DNA from: Minisyncoccia bacterium
Lineage (GTDB): Bacteria > Patescibacteriota > Minisyncoccia > Phycocordibacterales > UBA918
Direction of reading: 5' to 3'
DNA: 64,000 nucleotides
Assembly (NCBI GenBank): GCA_046293175.1
Contig: JBKBPM010000001.1
Coordinates: 363,446 to 427,445, forward strand
Shown: in pieces, positions 55,052 through 63,008 of the stretch
Layout: each line of letters begins with the position of its first letter
Position numbering within the stretch: the stretch's first letter is position 1
Position numbers and translations under genes: made by a program
The notes under the pieces: generated by a model
Told to the model about the DNA's origin: nothing
The model's input: only the letters and a program-made list of their open reading frames with translations
Databases searched by the model: none

Positions 55052-56968
55052 TTAGCCGGTCCAGTTGAAGAGGAGAATCGAAAAGTCGGTAAGGTTCACC
55101 CTACCATCCTGACTAATATCCGCCGGTGGATTTGAATCGCCACCATCGGTGTTCCACCAGAAGAGGAGGATCGAGAAGTCGGTAAGGTTCACCTTCCCAT
55201 CTCGATTAAGGTCAGAGTTACTGCCTGTTGATTGGGACGGCCCACCCACACCATAGAGGGTGTACTGGGAGAAGTTTGAGGTGAGTGTCCCGGCCACGGC
55301 TTTCGCTCGAACTTTGTAGGTACCGTTGCTGAAGCCTCCGGTATCTATCGGAGTTGACCAGGCACCACTACCGTTTGCTTTCACGGTATACGACTTGCGA
55401 GAAGCGGTGTTTTTATCTTTTTCATTTTCAATGGTCACTTCGGCATCGGGGAATGTGTAGCCAGAAATGGTGAGAGCCTGCCCAGGATTAACGGGGTTTG
55501 GTGAGACCAAAATGGATGGCGGAATATTGATGTTACTCAAAGCCGATTCACGCGCACCAGCCACCGTAAAAGAAGTACTGAAAGTCGATGACTTCGTACC
55601 AGCAGCATCGGTAGCATAAATACCAAAAGTATATGCTCCGCGAGCAATCTTTTCGACTGTAGCAGTATAGGCACCGTTGCTATCAGTATTAGCGGTCACT
55701 GCCGACTTACCATCCACCAGTACAGTAATTTTTGCTCGCGGCGATGCATACCCGGTAATCACCACCTGACCATCACCACTCCGGTATGGAGCGGGAGATG
55801 ATTCAAATCCCCCGCCACCCCCGCCACCGCTACCGCTACTACCGCCGCCGCCACTACCGCCGCCACTACCGCCGCCTGAGGAACCTTGTGTACTTCCACC
55901 GCCAGTGGCAGCACCTCCTTGATTTCCACTACCAGAGCCACTACCAGATCCACCATTACCGGTACCAGTTCCCGAGCCACTACCATTACCGTTTTCGGTT
56001 GAACTACCGGTTGGCTGTGCACTCACGAAGAAACTAATGAGATAGTCATCAATGTTGAAGTTGCCTTCATCGTCTCGGCAGCGGACGTAGAAGTCTTGTT
56101 GGGAATTTGGGGTCACCGCTACGACATTTGTATGAAACAAGAGACCAGTATTAGAAAAAACTGCCGACATGGTGTTGTAGTCTGCACCGGGACTACGAGC
56201 AAATCGACAGGTAGCAAATTCATCGGTCTCGAGACTAATTTCTACGTTAAGCGTCGTTCCACCCACAGTTGATGTCGGAGCACCATTAAAGCGAAGTGGT
56301 GGCACCAGCTCGGTGGTGTCGACCGGGCCAATTCCCACCTGTTCAACCAGCGCAATCAAAAACCCAGCATTGGCGATTTCAGTTGCGGTGTTATCGTAAA
56401 TACGCATATTAACCTCTTTGGTACCTATATCTGGACCATTGATGATACCCGGTACATCAGCCGGTACAGTCGTAGTTCCGGTTGAGGTACTAAAGATAAA
56501 TCCTCCTTTATTGGCTAAAAAAGTATGGTTACCGATTTTGAGTTCCAGAAGACTACCTGCGGCAATACCAGTACTTTGATTTAACGTATAGCGGATCATG
56601 CCCGGTGCCCCAGGGATAATATCAACCTTGTCATCTGTGGCAGATAAAGACGCTCCAACATCCCGCCGCACCCCATTGACCCGTAGCTCAACATTACGGA
56701 GTTCTGAGAACTGCGCACTACTGACGACCGTAAAGTCATCTGGTGGCACCACTTCAATGTAGCCTTCAGGAGGGATGCTCGTCGTATCAACCAGACGAAA
56801 TGAAAGAGTGTGATTGGAAGCGAGGTTTGGGGCTGACCGAGAAAGGGTATCTTTATATTCTTTGACGTTGCGAGCAAAAGAAAAATGTGGAGAGGACAAC
56901 AAAAAGGCCATGGAGCAAAGTCCCAAAACGAAATACACGAACAGACGCAGCGGTCTCGTGATATACAT
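55052..56968 (-). CDS. Secreted protein: subunit-like N-domain, Gly/Ser linker, two Ig-like domains, C-terminal dockerin
   Basis: KDTLSRSAPNLASNHTLSF matches the N-domain of 19173 and 59876; C-terminal half paralogous to 21285; DLNRDGKVNLTDFSILL...ADISQDGRVNLTDFSILLFNWTG. Confidence 0.88.
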   Translation of the reverse strand: MYITRPLRLFVYFVLGLCSMAFLLSSPHFSFARNVKEYKDTLSRSAPNLASNHTLSFRLVDTTSIPPEGYIEVVPPDDFTVVSSAQFSELRNVELRVNGVRRDVGASLSATDDKVDIIPGAPGMIRYTLNQSTGIAAGSLLELKIGNHTFLANKGGFIFSTSTGTTTVPADVPGIINGPDIGTKEVNMRIYDNTATEIANAGFLIALVEQVGIGPVDTTELVPPLRFNGAPTSTVGGTTLNVEISLETDEFATCRFARSPGADYNTMSAVFSNTGLLFHTNVVAVTPNSQQDFYVRCRDDEGNFNIDDYLISFFVSAQPTGSSTENGNGSGSGTGTGNGGSGSGSGSGNQGGAATGGGSTQGSSGGGSGGGSGGGGSSGSGGGGGGGFESSPAPYRSGDGQVVITGYASPRAKITVLVDGKSAVTANTDSNGAYTATVEKIARGAYTFGIYATDAAGTKSSTFSTSFTVAGARESALSNINIPPSILVSPNPVNPGQALTISGYTFPDAEVTIENEKDKNTASRKSYTVKANGSGAWSTPIDTGGFSNGTYKVRAKAVAGTLTSNFSQYTLYGVGGPSQSTGSNSDLNRDGKVNLTDFSILLFWWNTDGGDSNPPADISQDGRVNLTDFSILLFNWTG

Positions 56969-56974
56969 ACATAT

Positions 56975-56980
56975 ATTCTA
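56975..56980 (-). promoter_or_regulatory. -10 hexamer TAGAAT, probable leaderless promoter
   Basis: 6 nt upstream of the ATG at 56968. Confidence 0.55.
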
Positions 56981-57044
56981 CCCCGTACGGACTAGCCAAA
57001 TGGTCGTTCTCCCACACCTATTAAATTTATTAGGACTCAGCAAA

Positions 57045-57145
57045 TGACCCTAGATTCGAGGCGTCGAGGACTGAGAGCCTGAGGTGTATTAGATAGATAT
57101 ACATTGAAGGTTTGAAGGACGAAGACAACAAAGAAGATGGGGTTA
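57045..57145 (+). repeat. Structured intergenic element E5 (compact outer-module copy)
   Basis: tgacccta-gattcgaggcgtc...gacaacaaagaaga-tggggtta with an inner gtgtat/atacat hairpin. Confidence 0.7.
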
Positions 57146-57156
57146 GCTAGGTGGTT

Positions 57157-58149
57157 CTAGAGAAAGAGGGCAACAATGAGGAAATAAACCCACAATGTCA
57201 TCACATCGCGAATCACCGTCGCCACTGGACCACTTGTGAGTGCAGGATCGTATTTGAGCTTCGTTGCCAAAAACGGTATCACGAGCGCCACCACCATCGC
57301 GAGCATAAGGGTTGCCAAGATAGCGGTAAACAAAAGCGGCACAAGTTCAGATGCGCCAAACCACCACGAGGTAATGCACCCAACGACCACACCAAGAATT
57401 GTGGCCAAAGTACCGGAGACAATCACTTCACGAAAGAAGTACCGGCGGAATCGCGCAAAGGTACCAAGCTCGGGATCAAGCGCAATCGCGCGTACAAAGA
57501 TGATTTCGGTTTGTGAACCCACCGCATCAGCCAAGTAGACCACTAGTGGGATAAAGGCCACAATGAGAACATGAACGGCCAGCGCCTCTTCAAAACGCTG
57601 CACGATAGAGGCCGCGAGTAGTCCACCAAGCAACCCTAAAATGAGCCAGGGTAGCCGTTTGCGGATATGGAGGAGAGGCGTACCAGATAACAGTGAATTT
57701 TGTGGGTCTTCAAAGTTCGTGGTACCGGCGTGCGCAAGCGCATCAGCGATGCGGCCGTAGTGAAGAATATCGCGTATCTTATCTGGGGTCACCACCCCAA
57801 GTAACCGACCAGTACCCTGATCAACAACCGGAACTGCCTTGAGGTTGTGATTAATGGCAGTCAGGGCCACCTGTTCCGCTCTCATGGTGGCCGGGACTGA
57901 CACCAAAGTCGCTTTGGCAGCAGCAGCCGCAATAGTATGATGTGAATGCGTAAAGACTTCTTTGACTGAGACCACTCCGGTGAGCTGGCGACTACTATTA
58001 ACAAGATAGACATACGCCACACTAGAGTATGAGGAAGCGTGTCGAGACAGGAGATTGACGATTTCACCGATAGTGGCTTTGGGTGAAATTACCGGGACAT
58101 TTTCGACCATGCAATCGATGGCGGTTAAATTTTTGAAACGATCAGACAT
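57157..58149 (-). CDS. mgtE: MgtE-family magnesium transporter (CBS pair plus membrane domain, no N-terminal helical domain)
   Basis: YVYLVN...LTGVVS, VPVVD...LLGVVT, RKRLPWL, AFIPLV, DPALTSGPVATVIRDV. Confidence 0.9.
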   Translation of the reverse strand: MSDRFKNLTAIDCMVENVPVISPKATIGEIVNLLSRHASSYSSVAYVYLVNSSRQLTGVVSVKEVFTHSHHTIAAAAAKATLVSVPATMRAEQVALTAINHNLKAVPVVDQGTGRLLGVVTPDKIRDILHYGRIADALAHAGTTNFEDPQNSLLSGTPLLHIRKRLPWLILGLLGGLLAASIVQRFEEALAVHVLIVAFIPLVVYLADAVGSQTEIIFVRAIALDPELGTFARFRRYFFREVIVSGTLATILGVVVGCITSWWFGASELVPLLFTAILATLMLAMVVALVIPFLATKLKYDPALTSGPVATVIRDVMTLWVYFLIVALFL

Positions 58150-58219
58150 AAGAACTGTGTACTATTATAGTCTTCAAGACTAGAAAGACCAACCACTGAC
58201 CAATGCGTAAGGTCAGGGT

Positions 58220-58642
58220 TTAGACGGTAACGTTTTGCTGCGTCAATCGTAACCGCTCTCGACTCCGAGCGTAGTCAAGTGCGTAATTGAGAATAATGAG
58301 CACAAGGAGAATAAAGAGAATGGTAGCGAGTACAAAGGTTCCAGAATCAAGTCCGGCAATACTGCCACCTTTATTGATACCAACTTCAATTTCTCGCTCT
58401 GAAAGTGCGAGCTCTCGCTCATCAAGTTCACGCTCACGAGCAGTTAGGGCTGCTGTCATTTGATTAAGTTCAGTTGGTGCAACACCAACAGATACCCCAA
58501 CTGCATTGGCGAGATAAAGCTCGGTACGATCAGCGAGTCTGGCTGTGACTGGACTGAAGAGTCCACTCTCAAAGACGAGCATCACCGCTACTACCGCACT
58601 CGCGATACGTAAGAGACTATGATATGAAGAATTTCCTAACAT
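58220..58642 (-). CDS. Hypothetical membrane protein (two hydrophobic segments around a coiled coil)
   Basis: LTARERELDERELALSERE; TATACT 6 nt upstream of the ATG. Confidence 0.8.
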   Translation of the reverse strand: MLGNSSYHSLLRIASAVVAVMLVFESGLFSPVTARLADRTELYLANAVGVSVGVAPTELNQMTAALTARERELDERELALSEREIEVGINKGGSIAGLDSGTFVLATILFILLVLIILNYALDYARSRERLRLTQQNVTV

Positions 58643-58656
58643 ATATAAAGTATACC

Positions 58657-59727
58657 CTACGCAAACAAGATGAGGAGCACAATAAAGAACAGCGCACTGA
58701 CTGACAACATCACAAGGAAGATGAGGAGGATCGGATTACCCGTATTGCGACGCTCCACAATCCTTCGAGTACCACCGCCAGTGTAGTACGCGAGCTTGCG
58801 ACGAATATACAGCTTCACACCAAAGTATACGGTAAGGAGCAGTATCGCCAAGATACCAAGGGCTGGAAGTACAATCTTAACCGGTAAGACCCAGAAGGTT
58901 ACGGAACTCGACATTGTCTGCTTGGCTCCCTCTTCGCCGTAAATAGGACTCACGACCGCCTCGTAGCGACCAAAACCATATCCCTCACCTTTCCAATCAA
59001 ACGTAAATTCTCTCGTATCAGCCGGAAACACTGCTGCAGCAGATTCGTTAAAGATAAGATTGTCATCAACCTTTTGTCCAAACATGTTCGTAATCTCTAC
59101 TGGTCCGACCGGACGAACAAGTGTATTACCGTCGTTTTCAATCCGAAGATTAAAGGTTACATTTGGAGAACCATAGATATAGTTATCGGTCGAAAATTGA
59201 CGAATCTTAGCTGACTCAACACACTCACCGGCCACCCGCAAACTGATGATGTTTGCGACCTCGTAACCAATAGCGGCACCACTCTCACTGAGCTTGGGTG
59301 GTTCCATTGAGACGAAGATCCCAGCAAAGTGATTACATGGCGGTGCATCAGGCGGAACAGATACAACAAATGAGATTGGGGCTTCTCCTCCGGCTGGGAC
59401 TGTCACAGTATCAGCAGTCAAAGTAATCCAACTACTCATATCAAGTGGAGTCGGCTCAACGTTGTCTGGAGCATAAACAGGCACGCTGCCATCCCGCACA
59501 CCAATGATATCGCGACGACCAAGGTAGTAGGTCTGTTCAACGTCACTCTCATTCTTAATTGATGCCACGAAGGTTTTTGTTGCACCAGGATCAATTTTTT
59601 CTTCAATGGTGGCAGGCTTCAACGTAACACCAGCACTTCCCTGCGCACCCACCAACGTAGGAGCGAAACCAACAAACAACACAGCCAACAAAAGTGATAA
59701 GAATGTCCTTCGCATGCAAAAACTCAT
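58657..59727 (-). CDS. DUF916/DUF3324-like two-Ig protein with two C-terminal TM helices
   Basis: TLKPATIE, MSSWIT, PPDAPPCNHFAGIFV, IENDGNTLVRPVG, FGRYEAVVSPIYG; start 59727 or 59715; TGcTATAAT at 59744-59752. Confidence 0.82.
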   Translation of the reverse strand: MSFCMRRTFLSLLLAVLFVGFAPTLVGAQGSAGVTLKPATIEEKIDPGATKTFVASIKNESDVEQTYYLGRRDIIGVRDGSVPVYAPDNVEPTPLDMSSWITLTADTVTVPAGGEAPISFVVSVPPDAPPCNHFAGIFVSMEPPKLSESGAAIGYEVANIISLRVAGECVESAKIRQFSTDNYIYGSPNVTFNLRIENDGNTLVRPVGPVEITNMFGQKVDDNLIFNESAAAVFPADTREFTFDWKGEGYGFGRYEAVVSPIYGEEGAKQTMSSSVTFWVLPVKIVLPALGILAILLLTVYFGVKLYIRRKLAYYTGGGTRRIVERRNTGNPILLIFLVMLSVSALFFIVLLILFA

Positions 59728-59805
59728 AGTGATAATGTTATTTATTATAGCATCGCTCAACTGTCATGAGCAGAACCTATAAACAGCGGGAGGGATTTGT
59801 TACAC

Positions 59806-59836
59806 AACAAAAAACTCCCAATGGGAGTTTTTTGTT
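59806..59836 (-). terminator. Intrinsic terminator
   Basis: aacaaaaaactccc-aat-gggagttttttgtt, 40 nt after the stop at 59876. Confidence 0.85.
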
Positions 59837-59875
59837 TCTACTTTTTTAATGCTTGCGACAAATTATAGACTTTCT

Positions 59876-60997
59876 TTAGAAGGTAGGAGTTGCGATGTAC
59901 GTTAGGACTGTACTGTAGTCATCTCCCGCTTCCTGGAGTGGTGAAATTTGGATTTGATATCCAATATCAGTTTCTCCAATGTCAGCGGTTGCACCATCAG
60001 ATGGACCATTGTGTGCAAAAATCTGTCGTGGCGTTGTACTCGCTGCGACAAAGAGTACAGATCCGAACTCATCACCGTTAAGGTCAGAATCTTCTGAAGT
60101 GAGACCCCAGTGACCCCAGGTATTTTCATCAGTAATGTTGTTCGTCGGAGATGACCATACGGTTGGCGTATTTGTGTACGTACCGTTGGCAAAACCATCG
60201 ATGTCAGCACCTGTAGATGAGAGAAGATTTTGGTCTTGCTCTACAGTTACTACGAAGCCGTTACGGGCGTTCGTGGTTACGTTCAATCGTTGTGCCAGCG
60301 TCTTTAGCTCACCGGCTGTCAAGACACCGAATGGAATAGCAGTGGCGGTAGTAGAACCAGTAGTACTGGTACCATTAACTGCTGTACTGGTAGCAAGACC
60401 AGTTACCGTAAAGGTAAATGAGGTATTGACGATAGCAGTGACATCAACGTTATCAAGAATAGCTACTCGTGTGCGACCGGTATCGGCCCCCGCTGTCACA
60501 AGAAATTCGTAAGAACCCGCAGTTGGATTCGTGACACGATTTGTACCACCAGAAGCATTTGTACCGACACGAATAATGATTGCATCAGTGTTAGTGGCAA
60601 TTGCCGTTCCTGTTCCTGCTGTGAACGTAATGTTCTGTCCTGCTACAGCAACACCCCAGGTGTTAAGCGCAGGGGCACCAGCCAAAGTCTGGTCAACGCC
60701 ATCGATTGACATATCAATGTCACCGAGTGCAACTGAACCAAGCGTGAAGCCAGCTGGAAACGCGACAACAATTGTCTGTCCAGTGGACACACCAGCTGAT
60801 GAGGTAGCAAGCGTGAAGCGAATCGTATGATTCGAGAGAGCTGATACGTCAGAGTCTGATAAGGTGTTGCTTACCAAAGTAAGGTTTGCAGCATCAGCTG
60901 TATTGTAGAAACCTACAGACACAACTAGTACAGCTGCAGCAACGAGCATCGCGACTACTCGGTGCAAAGCTTCAACACTCGTTGAAATTTTTTGCAT
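59876..60997 (-). CDS. Secreted two-domain putative major fibre subunit, paralog of 19173-20327
   Basis: Signal peptide ending ADAA; SNTLSDSD...SNHTIRF; LLSSTGADIDGF, DENTWGHWG, ISPLQEAGDDYSTVLTYIATPTF. Confidence 0.88.
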   Translation of the reverse strand: MQKISTSVEALHRVVAMLVAAAVLVVSVGFYNTADAANLTLVSNTLSDSDVSALSNHTIRFTLATSSAGVSTGQTIVVAFPAGFTLGSVALGDIDMSIDGVDQTLAGAPALNTWGVAVAGQNITFTAGTGTAIATNTDAIIIRVGTNASGGTNRVTNPTAGSYEFLVTAGADTGRTRVAILDNVDVTAIVNTSFTFTVTGLATSTAVNGTSTTGSTTATAIPFGVLTAGELKTLAQRLNVTTNARNGFVVTVEQDQNLLSSTGADIDGFANGTYTNTPTVWSSPTNNITDENTWGHWGLTSEDSDLNGDEFGSVLFVAASTTPRQIFAHNGPSDGATADIGETDIGYQIQISPLQEAGDDYSTVLTYIATPTF

Positions 60998-61144
60998 GAA
61001 TATTATTTTTTAAATAACTAATATTGTAGTCAGAGGCGACTCTCCGGTACAAGCTCGGTTGAAGGTGGAGATAAATGAGATAGTTATGTGAAAAAAATTC
61101 AGCCACTATTCATTTAATGCTTCAACCGATCTAAGTACATTATA
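60998..61144 (-). promoter_or_regulatory. TATAAT promoter (61139-61144) and structured ~135-nt 5' leader
   Basis: Nested inverted repeats tcggttgaag/cttcaaccga and taaatga/tcattta. Confidence 0.5.
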
Positions 61145-61307
61145 AAGACTTTTAGAAATACTGTCTCAAATCGCGTGTTGATAAGTAAAGTATCGAACAT
61201 TTTGTGCTTATAGAAAGTTGTTATCACACAATCGTTTTCTTCAATTCAGTATGTCTTCTACCAAAAAAACTCTAAAGTACCTGCGTCTTAGAGGGCTTTT
61301 TAGAGAC

Positions 61308-62567
61308 TCAGGCCTTGACGATTTGGAGTGCTTGCCACTCTGTCGTATAGGCTGGTGAACGTAAGGCAATTTTTGTTTGCCAGGTAGGTGTCTTCGTGAA
61401 TTGGCCAAGCTTGATGGTATCGCGACCGTAGCGCTGGTTAAGCGTATCAACCATTTCATCAACCACATCGGCCTTCCCTGTCTGCACATCAGTAGCGGCA
61501 AACAAGCTCTGCGGAACAAAGGCGGTGGGCATTAATCCAAAAGCCACTACGCCAGTTTTGGTGTACGGTACACCTGGTCGATACAGTTGTTTGAGGGCCT
61601 TAAGCGCCTCATTAAGCACAATAGTTGTGGTTGCTGTGGGAATCTCAAATACCACTCCAGTACTACCACCATAACCACGCCAATCACCATGGCGTGAGGT
61701 ATAGAGAATGACCTGTAGACCGCTTGCCACCAGATCTTGTTCACGCAATTCTTCACACACAAAGCGCACATGGTACGCGAGCGCATCTTTTATAACCGCA
61801 AGATTATTCGTCTTTTCACCAAAAGAACGTGTAGACATTTGAGACTTGGGAATTGAGTGGGATTCCGTTACCAGGTACACTGCCTGCCCCGCCAATTCAG
61901 CTTGCAGCTGTACACCATTTTTATGAAAAAGCTTCGCTATCCGTGGAGTTGGGGCAGCCAGTAGGTCGTTGATTGAATGGATCTTGGCTTCCTTGTAGGC
62001 AACAACCAGCTGTCGACCCACCCCCCAGATATCTTCAAGTGGCGTTCCCCCAAACTCAGTGATGAAATCTTCTCCCGCAAAGACCCCAATACCACCATTG
62101 CGCTTAGCATAGGCATTTACCCGTTTGGCCCGCGTTTTTGTGTCAGAGACACCGATGGAAACCGGAATACCAACGAGTCGCTCCACTTGTTCTTTAAGCG
62201 TCAGAGCGTACTGACGAGCCTCAGCTGCCGTCGTGGCCGGTACAAGGAAAAAAGCTTCGTCAATAGAATACTGTTCTATCTGGCCACAGTATGACTTGAC
62301 CACCGAGAACACCCGCCTGGAGATATCGCGATAGAGCGCAAAGTGTGAAGAAAAGCAGACGGCACCTATGTCTTTTAGTATGTCCTTTACTTCAAAATAA
62401 GGGACACCCATCGGGATACCATTGTCCTTTATTTCCTGTGACCTAGCGACAATACAACCGTCATTACTCGAGAGGACTGCTACCGGCCGGTGCCGTAAGT
62501 CAGGGCGAAACAGCCGCTCACAGGAAACGAAGAAGTTGTTACAATCAAGGACCGCAAGGTATGCCAT
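61308..62567 (-). CDS. Y-family DNA polymerase (UmuC/DinB-like)
   Basis: LDCNNFFVSCE, VLSSNDGCIVARS, YSIDEAF, IWGVGR, C-terminal RSPAYTTEW (UmuC-type tail); start moved to MAYLAV, with aggag SD. Confidence 0.95.
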   Translation of the reverse strand: MAYLAVLDCNNFFVSCERLFRPDLRHRPVAVLSSNDGCIVARSQEIKDNGIPMGVPYFEVKDILKDIGAVCFSSHFALYRDISRRVFSVVKSYCGQIEQYSIDEAFFLVPATTAAEARQYALTLKEQVERLVGIPVSIGVSDTKTRAKRVNAYAKRNGGIGVFAGEDFITEFGGTPLEDIWGVGRQLVVAYKEAKIHSINDLLAAPTPRIAKLFHKNGVQLQAELAGQAVYLVTESHSIPKSQMSTRSFGEKTNNLAVIKDALAYHVRFVCEELREQDLVASGLQVILYTSRHGDWRGYGGSTGVVFEIPTATTTIVLNEALKALKQLYRPGVPYTKTGVVAFGLMPTAFVPQSLFAATDVQTGKADVVDEMVDTLNQRYGRDTIKLGQFTKTPTWQTKIALRSPAYTTEWQALQIVKA

Positions 62568-62578
62568 AGATACTCCTA

Positions 62579-62616
62579 GTATACCAAAACCCACTGGCCA
62601 GTGGGTTTTGGTATAC
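62579..62616. promoter_or_regulatory. Perfect 38-bp palindrome overlapping the extended -10 (TGgTATACT) of the Y-family polymerase gene
   Basis: gtataccaaaacccactggccagtgggttttggtatac equals its own reverse complement. Confidence 0.7.
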
Positions 62617-62641
62617 ATTTTGTTTTTGGTCACCTGTGAGG

Positions 62642-63005
62642 ACGGTCAATAATGCTGCAGGTTCGAGGTGAGAAATAATTCATAAGACCTTGCCAGCTAC
62701 TTTATGAGTGAAGTGAAATAAAGTAGCGACAAGGTGTACTGCTCCGGTACGGAGGCGAGGAGAAACAAAGTGATACGGCGCGGATAAAGCCATTAGGTGA
62801 GAAAACGTGGGACGTTTTCGCAAGACTCATTGAGTAATTTTATGAGTGATAACGAAATAAAATAACCAATGAGTAGACAGTTTCTGTAAGAAATAGGCTT
62901 TACTCGCGACAATTCGCCATTGTCCCACTTCGTACTCTGTGGCTCATTCTACGTTGAACTTTTTTGTGACGCAGGCAATAAAGAAGATGCGGTATTAGTG
63001 GCTGT
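62642..63005 (+). repeat. Structured intergenic element E6 (most complete, nested)
   Basis: 18-nt arms 62642-62659 and 62988-63005 enclose every module seen in E2-E4. Confidence 0.85.
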
Positions 63006-63008
63006 ACT

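Noticed and set aside
55805-56000. ccgcca/ctaccg microsatellite-like tract (also 22020-22065 and 41190-41380)
   Set aside because: Encodes in-frame Gly/Ser linkers or Gly-rich domains
14876-56968. Cellulosome interpretation of the cohesin/dockerin genes
   Set aside because: No dockerin is attached to a recognisable glycoside hydrolase and there is no multi-cohesin scaffoldin; the visible part of the GH18 protein has no dockerin
21176-63005. Elements E1-E6 as CRISPR repeats or integron attC sites
   Set aside because: No regular repeat-spacer period or cas genes; no consistent RYYYAAC/GTTRRRY ends, no integrase, and flanking genes are not cassette-like
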